Shown here in pieces: positions 1 through 7,551 of a stretch of DNA of 9,996 nucleotides. The stretch's first letter is position 1. Each line of letters begins with the position of its first letter. Origin of the DNA: an uncultured Gammaproteobacteria bacterium (GTDB taxonomy: Bacteria > Patescibacteriota > Microgenomatia > Daviesbacterales > UBA10151). Below the pieces are notes generated by a model. It was not told where the DNA came from and did no database searches. It saw only the letters and a list, made by a program, of their open reading frames with translations. The stretch lies in NCBI GenBank assembly GCA_964522265.1, contig CAZFVS010000024.1, forward strand, positions 1 to 9,996, written 5' to 3'. A program made the translations under genes and the position numbers.

Positions 1-15
1 CAAAATACTTCAATC

Positions 16-66
16 TGCAACTTTAAATAACAATTTTGGGTTCAAAATCGTTTAACGAGAGTTGCA
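16..66 (-). terminator. Candidate intrinsic terminator (nested hairpin) downstream of the minus-strand operon
   Basis: Outer inverted repeat tgcaact (16..22) / agttgca (60..66) encloses an inner 9-bp stem aacaatttt (29..37) / aaaatcgtt (44..52) with a 6-nt loop gggttc. The one imperfect position (32/49) is an A-C mismatch in a plus-strand transcript but a G-U wobble in the minus-strand transcript. The minus transcript then runs into GAUUGAAGUAUUUUG (complement of 1..15). The stem is AT-rich and weak. Confidence 0.3.
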
Positions 67-90
67 AACTCGAGTTAAATGAGTTTATTA

Positions 91-1605
91 TTAATCCAGT
101 CTATATATTTTTAATGCTGGAATTTTATCCTGATTAATTTCTGGTAGAAACCCCTTAAGTTTATTTTTCATTTTATTCTCCTCCCAAACAAAGTAGTAAT
201 TTATACCATAGGATTTCAACATTTGAATTAAAAGAGGTCTATCCTCAAAATCTCCTAATTTTCCAAAATACCTTGATTGGTTATAAAAGGCTATGAATTG
301 AGAATTGGCAACTGAATCGTTTGACGCAAAATTAAATTTTCCTAAATTTAATTTTGCAACTTCTTGGGCCAGCTGATAATACTGTTTTCCGAAGTTAATA
401 TTTTTATATAGCTCTAAAGAGGGATAAATAATCAAACTTATAATAAAGAGGGTTAAAAAAAGGGTTTTAATTTTTTTAAAAATTAAAAGAAACAAAACTG
501 TTCCAACAACGAATACTGGCCATATGTATCTCTCCTCAACTAATATGCTTGAATAAAATATTGGAAATATAAAACCGCTAAAGGTAAGTAAAAGTAAATT
601 GGGATTATTTTTAATTGTTTCTCTAGAAATATACAGTTTATATAGAGCCAACATAAAAATCGGAACTACAAATATTGATAAAGTGCTCAGTAAAATTAGT
701 GTTCTCAATAAATTATTTCTAAAAATGAAGAATTGGTACTTTAAATTCCCTAGGGTAGAGATAGAATTCCAATCCTCAAATTCCAAATATGAGGGGTCTT
801 CGCTGGCAGTCAAAGCGGTATCGTTAGGAGGAATAAAAATTTTATTATCAAAAAAGGGTCGGGGGTATGGTTTGGGTCCTATCACTGCATGATTATGTTT
901 AGCTGATGTTCCAAATGTTAAATAACCGTATTTATTGGAAATAATTATTATCCAAATTCCGCTGATAGCGAAAAAGGATAAAAAAGCAAAAAAAACAAAC
1001 TTTATTAATCTTTTCTTTTGCTTAAGAGAAATAAAAAAAAATAAGTTAACAATGGTAAAGTGCGTTATAAAGAAGATAAAACCAAATGATTTTGTAAGAT
1101 ATAAAAGTGATCCTATCAAACCAATTAGAAAAGAATGCTTATAACTCTTTAAATACTTTTTTGAAAGAATTAAAAAAATATAAAAAGTAAAAATTGTCAG
1201 AAAAAGTAAATCTGGACTAATCACGGTAAAACCAAAATAAATAACCGCGGGTATTAAAGAAAGCAATACAAGGTTGGTAAATTTAAATTTTGTTTTTAAT
1301 GTGCCTAAGATTTTCATTAATAAAAATAAAACCATCCCGCCAAGTATAATAGAAGTTAGTTTGGTAACCTCAAGTTGATCAAATCCGATTGCTAAAAATG
1401 GTAGATAAATTATTGATAAAAGGGGACCCCAATAACCGTTAATTGCATTGTAAAAATCTGCGTTTAAGTATTTTTGACTAATGGAAAGGTAGGCTATTGC
1501 ATCAACATTAATTTGATATCTATAAAAAGGCCAAAGAGCAAAGCAAAAAAGCAAATAAAGAATTAAAATAACTCTAAAGTGTATATAATTTCTATCCATT
1601 TCCAC
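91..1605 (-). CDS. Polytopic membrane protein, GT-C-fold glycosyltransferase-like (PMT_2/ArnT-like superfamily), 504 aa
   Basis: A 505-codon open frame in stop-rich AT-rich DNA, so coding is near certain. Many hydrophobic segments. NVDAIAYLS (Asp35 = 1501..1503) follows the first TM segment and is followed by NGYWGPLLSIIYLPF, matching the GT-C loop-1 pattern. About 110-aa soluble C-terminal tail (94..420). The track start at 1603..1605 is GTG; an ATG two codons downstream (1597..1599) is an alternative. Stop TAA at 91..93. Family call is by eye only. Confidence 0.55.
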   Translation of the reverse strand: MEMDRNYIHFRVILILYLLFCFALWPFYRYQINVDAIAYLSISQKYLNADFYNAINGYWGPLLSIIYLPFLAIGFDQLEVTKLTSIILGGMVLFLLMKILGTLKTKFKFTNLVLLSLIPAVIYFGFTVISPDLLFLTIFTFYIFLILSKKYLKSYKHSFLIGLIGSLLYLTKSFGFIFFITHFTIVNLFFFISLKQKKRLIKFVFFAFLSFFAISGIWIIIISNKYGYLTFGTSAKHNHAVIGPKPYPRPFFDNKIFIPPNDTALTASEDPSYLEFEDWNSISTLGNLKYQFFIFRNNLLRTLILLSTLSIFVVPIFMLALYKLYISRETIKNNPNLLLLTFSGFIFPIFYSSILVEERYIWPVFVVGTVLFLLIFKKIKTLFLTLFIISLIIYPSLELYKNINFGKQYYQLAQEVAKLNLGKFNFASNDSVANSQFIAFYNQSRYFGKLGDFEDRPLLIQMLKSYGINYYFVWEENKMKNKLKGFLPEINQDKIPALKIYRLD

Positions 1606-1606
1606 C

Positions 1607-2902
1607 CTAACTTTTATAAAAATTGTTTTTCATTATCTCTGAAGAAACTTTATTGCCTAACTCGACTGCATAATTTGTACCTCTGTCCCAAGGATATACC
1701 TGTTGCATATTGGCTAAGAAAAGACCTGGTATTTCTGTTTTCATAGTAGGAACGATTCTTGAGTAATACTTATAAACCACCGGTTGAGCAAAAGAGATCT
1801 TAAATACCTTAATTTTTCTAATCCAATCCTTACTAAAACCTTTATTAATTTTTTTTAAAAATGGAAAAAATTCATTTAATATTTCCATCTTATTCATATT
1901 AAAATATTTGTGATTCTTGTTTAGATAATTTCCTATATAAATAATATAATCTCCATTGTATTTTCTACAATTCACTAAATTAGTATGCTCTACTATAGAT
2001 ACAAAAGGAAACATCGAATCATTAATATTCAGCCAATATATATCACCGTTTAGGAATTTTTTTTTAAGAATTAATATCAGGTTAATTGCCCCTAACCCGG
2101 ATAAATTTTTAGATTGTATTTTTTTCTCTTTAACCATTTTAGAGAGATAATTAACCGATAATGTGCAGATGACAAAATCAAATCTGTACTCCTTTTGATT
2201 ATTCGTTTTAAGGATTATTCCTCTATTCTGGCTTATGATCTTCTCCACCTTAGTAAGATAATGGAATCTACCTTTATTTTTAATAATCTCTTTTTCTATT
2301 TTTATCGCAAGAGCAAAAAATCCTCCGACGGGATAACCCAACATTGAACTTCTTTTTTTAATCCTTGCCCAAAACCAAGAAGCGGCTATTTTTTTGTAGT
2401 GGCTGCCGAATTTTTTATACATTAATGGCTTCCAGAGTGTTTCCCATGATTTTTTCCCCATGGACTTAATTAATAAACTTTCAGTAGTTATCGCTTCCAA
2501 TGGTTTCCAAAAAAAATTAAGCCTCAGTAACAAAAGCGTTATTCCTGTCCTCAACCGATCAATCATACTCAGCTGGTTAAATCTTAGTAAGCTAACTGGA
2601 TCGTCAAACTTATAAATTAAGTTATTTATAAAAACAGCTGTTTTGGAACTTTTGAAAAAAATGCTATGATTAACTTCTTTTGCTAAATTTATAATTTGAT
2701 AATCCGATATAAACAAATGATGGTAAAAACTTTCTAAATACCATTTCCAATCTTTTTCTTTAAAACCCGTAGCCAAGCCCCCCGGCATATTTTCTACCTC
2801 AAAAATTGTAACCGAATATCCCTTTTTTGCTAACTTTAAACCCGCCGAAAGTCCTGCAAAACCTGCCCCAATAATTCCTATTTTAATTTTTTTTGACTCC
2901 AT
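1607..2902 (-). CDS. NAD(P)/FAD-dependent oxidoreductase, amine-oxidase / phytoene-desaturase / protoporphyrinogen-oxidase-like Rossmann flavoprotein, 431 aa
   Basis: ATG at 2900..2902. N-terminal dinucleotide-binding motif IGIIGAGFAGLSAG (GxGxxG = 2852..2869), with acidic residue VTIFE35 at the end of beta-2, then PGG. Mid-protein GYPVGGF. C-terminal IPGLFLANMQQVYPWDRGTNYAVELG resembles the C-terminal FAD-contact motif of this superfamily. No hydrophobic TM-like segments. Stop TAG at 1607..1609, 1 nt from the next gene. Confidence 0.8.
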   Translation of the reverse strand: MESKKIKIGIIGAGFAGLSAGLKLAKKGYSVTIFEVENMPGGLATGFKEKDWKWYLESFYHHLFISDYQIINLAKEVNHSIFFKSSKTAVFINNLIYKFDDPVSLLRFNQLSMIDRLRTGITLLLLRLNFFWKPLEAITTESLLIKSMGKKSWETLWKPLMYKKFGSHYKKIAASWFWARIKKRSSMLGYPVGGFFALAIKIEKEIIKNKGRFHYLTKVEKIISQNRGIILKTNNQKEYRFDFVICTLSVNYLSKMVKEKKIQSKNLSGLGAINLILILKKKFLNGDIYWLNINDSMFPFVSIVEHTNLVNCRKYNGDYIIYIGNYLNKNHKYFNMNKMEILNEFFPFLKKINKGFSKDWIRKIKVFKISFAQPVVYKYYSRIVPTMKTEIPGLFLANMQQVYPWDRGTNYAVELGNKVSSEIMKNNFYKS

Positions 2903-2907
2903 AATAG

Positions 2908-4599
2908 TTAATTCATTTTTAACACGTCAAAGTAGGGTCCCGCTCTGTCCACAACAAATAAAGGATAAATAAAATCTTGTCTAAAGATCAATCCTGAATC
3001 AAAAAGAATCGAAGGTATTTCTTTTTTAAATATGATATTTCCTGTTGGCGAGAAATGGGCTACTTGGGTAAAAATTATGTTGGGGTTATCTGTTTTTGAA
3101 TAGTTTGTAATTCTTTCGCTATCTTGCCAGTAGTAATCAACTACATAACGGATATTATACAGCTTTAGTGCCTGTTGCAAATTCGTTATTTTTAAATTAT
3201 ACCCAAATTCATTAAGGTATATTACATTACGAACATTGTCTGAATATCGATTTCTTAACAGATCTGCTGCTTTTTTATAATAATTTTTTTTATATTTTCG
3301 TATAGGTTCTGCGGCAGAATTGTTGGGAACATAATCAAAATTTCTTCTATCTGTCGATGCTATGCTAATCTCAGGATTAATATTTTTATCCAACCATTTT
3401 CGCACCTGTTTAAAAGTCGGTTCATTAAACAACAGGTAATTCCAATATATAGAATTAAAGGATGCTACAAATATAATAAATACGGCAATAATTTTACATA
3501 TCTTATTCTTTTGATATAAAAATGCAAGTGTTTTTCCTGCAAAAATAGGTAAAAATACAAATGCCGATAAGAAATACCTCATATAAGAAAGATAAAAATA
3601 TATGAACAAAAATAAATTTACGAGAATAAATATAGTTATTGCTCTTATTAATCCGTTTCTTAAAAAATTCTTTACCATGTATATTATTGAGAAAATAACA
3701 ATTACTCCGTCAGAAAGAAACAACTCCTTAATAACATCTATATAATTTTGTATATAAAATATATGCTTTATAAATTCTTCTATATTGTCTAAATTTTGAG
3801 ATATTTTAACTGGCGCCATACTAGATTTAGGATTAGATAGTGTAATAAAATTTGTTCCCACGCTCAAAAATATCAAGAAGAAAACCGATATGAACCAAAC
3901 AAAAATTCCATAAAAAAATTCTTTTGCTAAAAAAATCCTCATTGAATATTTATTGGAAAAGAATTTAATTAGGAAAATAAGGAAAATCGATATACCACTA
4001 ATCTGGTGAAATCCAAAACTAATTGCAGAGGAAATAAAAGCAAGAAAAATAAATTTTCTAAGGGTTAATATACATGTAAGAAGTATAAAAAAAATTGCAG
4101 GTGACCAAGACCTTGCAAGATGTGAAATATGTACTAAATTAAAAGATACTGCAAAAAGGAGGGCTGAAAAATAAGCAATATGTTTAGATTTAAAAATCTC
4201 CTTCGCTAAAAGGTAGCACAAATAAACACTGCCAATTCCGAATAAAGCAGATATAAGTCTTGGTACAAAAAGTAAATATCCTTCTTGAGTAACAATTAAA
4301 AATTGCATATCTTCTATCGATCCTACCTTACCTAACATTAAAAGAACCAGAAACGACAAAATTATAAATGGCAACTGTACATAAGATCCTAAAGGACCAT
4401 AGTTTCCTAAAGAAAAAGGAGTTTTTTCGGCTAACATATTTAAGGCGGATAAATGATAGATCGCTTCATCATTTGATACATAAAGAATTGGTGAACCTAT
4501 ATTTAAATTATAAATTCTTAACAAAAATGAAAGTAGAATGAGTAGGGATATTGTTAAATTATTTTTTATAACATATTTAATTAGAAGGATTATATTCAC
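2908..4599 (-). CDS. Polytopic membrane glycosyltransferase, GT-C fold, GT39/GT83 PMT_2/ArnT-like, 563 aa
   Basis: After the first TM comes SNDEAIYHLSALNML (Asp44-Glu45 = 4465..4470), then GNYGPLGSYVQLPF. This is the DE...Y...A loop-1 signature I recall for ArnT/PMT_2-type enzymes. Numerous TM segments through residue ~390, then a ~170-aa soluble C-terminal domain (2911..3426). The start is GTG at 4597..4599, the only start-like codon in frame after the upstream stop at 4621..4623. Stop TAA at 2908..2910. Confidence 0.65.
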   Translation of the reverse strand: MNIILLIKYVIKNNLTISLLILLSFLLRIYNLNIGSPILYVSNDEAIYHLSALNMLAEKTPFSLGNYGPLGSYVQLPFIILSFLVLLMLGKVGSIEDMQFLIVTQEGYLLFVPRLISALFGIGSVYLCYLLAKEIFKSKHIAYFSALLFAVSFNLVHISHLARSWSPAIFFILLTCILTLRKFIFLAFISSAISFGFHQISGISIFLIFLIKFFSNKYSMRIFLAKEFFYGIFVWFISVFFLIFLSVGTNFITLSNPKSSMAPVKISQNLDNIEEFIKHIFYIQNYIDVIKELFLSDGVIVIFSIIYMVKNFLRNGLIRAITIFILVNLFLFIYFYLSYMRYFLSAFVFLPIFAGKTLAFLYQKNKICKIIAVFIIFVASFNSIYWNYLLFNEPTFKQVRKWLDKNINPEISIASTDRRNFDYVPNNSAAEPIRKYKKNYYKKAADLLRNRYSDNVRNVIYLNEFGYNLKITNLQQALKLYNIRYVVDYYWQDSERITNYSKTDNPNIIFTQVAHFSPTGNIIFKKEIPSILFDSGLIFRQDFIYPLFVVDRAGPYFDVLKMN

Positions 4600-4613
4600 T
4601 ATTGTGAAAAAAT

Positions 4614-5933
4614 TTATCTTTTATAAAATTCTAAAACCCTAAGAATGGTTTTCTTATCAATTGTAGTATCCATACTAGTTGGAGACAATTGCAATAAATT
4701 TTCAATATAATTCATATGTATCGTATACCTTTGTACCAGATGCGTCGATAACCACCATGAAATCCAAAGTACTGAATAAATAAGCAAGATATAAATTACT
4801 ACTCTAAAAACAGTAATATTCCACTTGTTCTTTTTATTTAATAAAAGTTTTGGTGATGATGACAAGAACAAACAAAATCCAATTTGGGCAAGATACAAAA
4901 CCCTATATCTAAACAGAGAAAAATGCAATAAAGCATTTAAAAAAATAATTATTAATGCAAGTATTTGAATTTTATTAAGTTTTTGTGTAAGAGAAATGAC
5001 CGATAAAATAGCTGTTGCTAAAAGTATTGGGAAATAAATCACAAATTCCCATGTCCTTATAACAACTGAACCGTTTCCTGTTAAAATTGGGAAAAAAGGG
5101 GTAATTATATTTTTTAGGATATTTTCTGCATAAGCTAAGTAGGGATAAAAGTATGGTAAATCCATCGGGTGTTTATAGGAAACAAGTCCAAAAAAAAGAT
5201 ACCCGTTTTGGCTGTATGTGGCAAATTCCCCTCCAAATATTAATATGCGTAATCCCATATAGAATAAAATTAAAAATATTGAAAAAATTAAAGGGGTTTT
5301 TCCATTAACTAAATTATTATTTATAACAAAACATTTTTTTAAAAAAAATAACATTATGACTAATAGCGGAATAATTAAACCTGCTTCTTTGCTTAAAATA
5401 GCAAATACAGACAGTGCGGCAATATAGACTATATTAATTTTCTTATTAAAAAATATATGATAAATAAAAAGCATTAGTAATAGTCCGATATAGTTTATAG
5501 TTCTATCCGATACTTGAGTTGCTGTCCAGAAAGTTGCCGGTGAAACAAGAAAAATTAAACTGATAACTAATGACAAAATTTCATTTTTACTCAGTCGAAG
5601 GATTGTTTTATAAAAAATACAGGTTGTTAAAATATGCACAAGTATCCCTATTAATTGGTTCGGGAAAGCCCAAACACCAAAGATTTTATAAGTAACCCAA
5701 AAGGAAATTGAAACAAGCGGCCGATAAAGATTATTACCTAGGTTTTGACTGGAAATGATATGGCTTGACACGAAATAAGAAAGTGGGTTATTAATTTCGG
5801 ATGTAGATGTTAAATATCTTAAATCATCTCCGTATGTAGGCGGAAACCATAATGATATTGAAAATACCGCTAATCCGATTAAAATAATCAGCAAATAAGG
5901 TACCGGATCCTTAACTTTAACTTTCATGATCAT
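4614..5933 (-). CDS. Polytopic membrane protein, GT-C-like, resembling the membrane core of TMTC/DUF1736-type O-glycosyltransferases but without a TPR domain, 439 aa
   Basis: ATG at 5931..5933 (second ATG at 5925..5927). PPTYGDDLRYL (Asp36-Asp37 = 5823..5828) follows TM1. Next comes NLYRPLVSISFWVTYKIFGVWAFPNQLIGILVHIL, matching the DD ... YRPL ... FG ... H pattern I recall for TMTC-like GT-C proteins. Hydrophobic almost throughout, with only a ~45-aa C-terminal tail. Stop TAA at 4614..4616. Confidence 0.5.
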   Translation of the reverse strand: MIMKVKVKDPVPYLLIILIGLAVFSISLWFPPTYGDDLRYLTSTSEINNPLSYFVSSHIISSQNLGNNLYRPLVSISFWVTYKIFGVWAFPNQLIGILVHILTTCIFYKTILRLSKNEILSLVISLIFLVSPATFWTATQVSDRTINYIGLLLMLFIYHIFFNKKINIVYIAALSVFAILSKEAGLIIPLLVIMLFFLKKCFVINNNLVNGKTPLIFSIFLILFYMGLRILIFGGEFATYSQNGYLFFGLVSYKHPMDLPYFYPYLAYAENILKNIITPFFPILTGNGSVVIRTWEFVIYFPILLATAILSVISLTQKLNKIQILALIIIFLNALLHFSLFRYRVLYLAQIGFCLFLSSSPKLLLNKKNKWNITVFRVVIYILLIYSVLWISWWLSTHLVQRYTIHMNYIENLLQLSPTSMDTTIDKKTILRVLEFYKR

Positions 5934-6003
5934 TAAAATGAAATTTCACGTCCACTCCATGTATCGTGATATCCCAAAGGTTTCTTGCAAAGACGATAGA
6001 TGA

Positions 6004-7551
6004 TCATTTGGTAACTTTGAAAGAACCCACAAACAACAATAAGAACTCAAAAATCCCTATGCTACCTAGAGTGTAAAAAATAGGATCGTATGGAATTCTG
6101 TATTCTAAAATCGCATCCAACCCTGTGTATATAACCATAACAGAAGTTGTACAAATTACCATAAAAAACAATACCGGCTTACTGAATTTACTTCTACCAA
6201 ACCATAAACCGGCAAAAGCCAACAAAATAAACTTATATATTTCAAAGTGTCGAAATATTTTGTAAAAATATACCATTTTTGATTTAACAATTACATTCTC
6301 CGATCTGGGAGGAATATTTAAATTGAAATTTATTCTATTATTTATACCTGGGGGTACAAAAAAATCAGGTTTGCTGTCTGTCCACACTTGATATGAACTG
6401 GGGATAATATCATCTTCATCGGGAATTGCCAACCCCAATCTGGAATATTTTACATGTTGGGAAACCTTAACTGAGTTATAAAGTGCCTGACCTTCAAACT
6501 CAGTAGATATTTTTCTGGAAAAACTGACCTGGGTAGGCAACTGAAAAACTTTTTCAAGCGTGCTCAAATAACCTTTTAAATATATTTTCGGATATTTATT
6601 TATGGCTTCAATACTTACATGTAATAAATTGTCATAGTCAGAATCCCAACCATAAATTCTATTGCTTAGACTGACTAAATCAGACCACATTCTGGCAGAA
6701 CCCGCTATAAACAATACATCTGAACTAATACTGTAAGTTTTATATGGTTCTTTTTGCAGCAGATCCTTTTCTATAGCAGATTCCAAAGCCTTTGAATACG
6801 GACCATTATCATTTCTTACAATTCGGTCGGTTGTATATACGCGGGAAAATGGCATGGTTGCTTTTGTTCCCCTGGATATTGTGAAATCCCCGTAATGCAA
6901 AAGGTTGATTTCCGAATAAATTGTTAATAAAAATATGAGTACAATAGCAAACACAATCGAACTATACAGCCTTTTTTTAAAAGAGTAACTTTTTATTAAG
7001 AAAGGTAAAAAAGCAGCAATGGCAAAATACTGACTTGAAGGCCTAATTAAAATCAGAATAAACACCCAAAAAACATTAACAATAATCTTTAAAATCGACG
7101 GATACTTTATGGTGTAGAAAAAAATTCCTAACCAGATCACCAGTCCAAACGAAAAAAGATTATCCGAGCTAATCGAATGAAAGCTTATTTGGTAATTTAT
7201 ATTTGCAAAGAGTAGTAAAACGCTTATATATCCGCAAATCTTATGAAAATTTGAACTCACATTAAATATAACCAGGCTCATAATTACAAAACAAATCCCT
7301 AATGCAATTTCTATAGCAATTGCCCCTCCCAAAAGATTTAAAATTCCATAGAAAAATGGAGCACCAGGTGTACGATAAAGCATTAAAGTATAACTCGTCG
7401 GATTATTGGAAAAAAACTGAGAAAAATATTGAAAATATGTCCCCATATCTCTACCTGGAGCAATAGGGAAAGCTAATGCAAATAAGAGATAACACAATGC
7501 TGAGCTAAAAATTATTATTAAATTATGGGGGTTGTGAAGAAAATGCCTCAT
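6004..7551 (-). CDS. Polytopic membrane protein with a large internal soluble domain, probable divergent GT-C-like glycosyltransferase, 515 aa
   Basis: ATG at 7549..7551 overlaps the upstream TGA (7548..7550) as ATGA. APGRDMGTYFQYF (Asp35 = 7447..7449) follows TM1, then LYRTPGAPFFYGILNLLGG, like the R-P-G-x-P motif of ArnT-like GT39 proteins. About 7 N-terminal TM segments, a ~220-aa hydrophilic domain (residues ~215-437, 6241..6909), then 2-3 C-terminal TM segments. Stop TGA at 6004..6006. Confidence 0.45.
   Translation of the reverse strand: MRHFLHNPHNLIIIFSSALCYLLFALAFPIAPGRDMGTYFQYFSQFFSNNPTSYTLMLYRTPGAPFFYGILNLLGGAIAIEIALGICFVIMSLVIFNVSSNFHKICGYISVLLLFANINYQISFHSISSDNLFSFGLVIWLGIFFYTIKYPSILKIIVNVFWVFILILIRPSSQYFAIAAFLPFLIKSYSFKKRLYSSIVFAIVLIFLLTIYSEINLLHYGDFTISRGTKATMPFSRVYTTDRIVRNDNGPYSKALESAIEKDLLQKEPYKTYSISSDVLFIAGSARMWSDLVSLSNRIYGWDSDYDNLLHVSIEAINKYPKIYLKGYLSTLEKVFQLPTQVSFSRKISTEFEGQALYNSVKVSQHVKYSRLGLAIPDEDDIIPSSYQVWTDSKPDFFVPPGINNRINFNLNIPPRSENVIVKSKMVYFYKIFRHFEIYKFILLAFAGLWFGRSKFSKPVLFFMVICTTSVMVIYTGLDAILEYRIPYDPIFYTLGSIGIFEFLLLFVGSFKVTK

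Noticed and set aside
1-30. Possible 3' end of a convergent plus-strand gene (frame 1 open to TAA at 28..30; other frames stop at 24..26 and 53..55)
   Set aside because: At most 9-18 codons are visible and they carry no information. It cannot be told apart from non-coding sequence.
67-76. Perfect 10-bp palindrome aactcgagtt as an operator site
   Set aside because: It lies downstream of the operon stop codon rather than near a promoter. It has no second copy in the window and is short enough to occur by chance.
1033-1041. Homopolymer tracts inside glycosyltransferase-like genes as possible phase-variation switches (A9 at 1033..1041, T9 at 2057..2065, T7A8 at 5334..5348, several A8/T8 runs)
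   Set aside because: At about 28-30% G+C, with Phe/Lys-rich proteins, A/T runs of 7-9 are expected background and are spread across all genes. Without read-level length variation there is no support for slipped-strand regulation.
599-1144. Two plus-strand ORFs from the track (599..892, 97 aa; 935..1144, 69 aa)
   Set aside because: Both lie fully antisense inside the 504-aa membrane-protein gene. They have low-complexity K/I/N-rich sequence, no recognisable motifs and no start context. They are most likely shadow ORFs of the real gene.
1956-2150. Plus-strand 64-aa ORF
   Set aside because: It lies antisense inside the FAD oxidoreductase gene, whose frame carries clear family motifs. It has no supporting features of its own.
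1607-2902. Naming the flavoprotein hemY (protoporphyrinogen oxidase), crtI or glf
   Set aside because: By eye I can support only superfamily-level motifs. The operon context argues against a heme or carotenoid role, and the characteristic Glf sequence blocks are not clearly present. No symbol is therefore assigned.
7548-7551. Alternative genetic code (UGA recoded, as in some small-genome lineages)
   Set aside because: TGA ends two genes exactly at sensible boundaries: the ATGA overlap at 7548..7551 and 6004..6006 before the 70-nt gap. All six ORFs are intact under the standard code, with TGG used for Trp.
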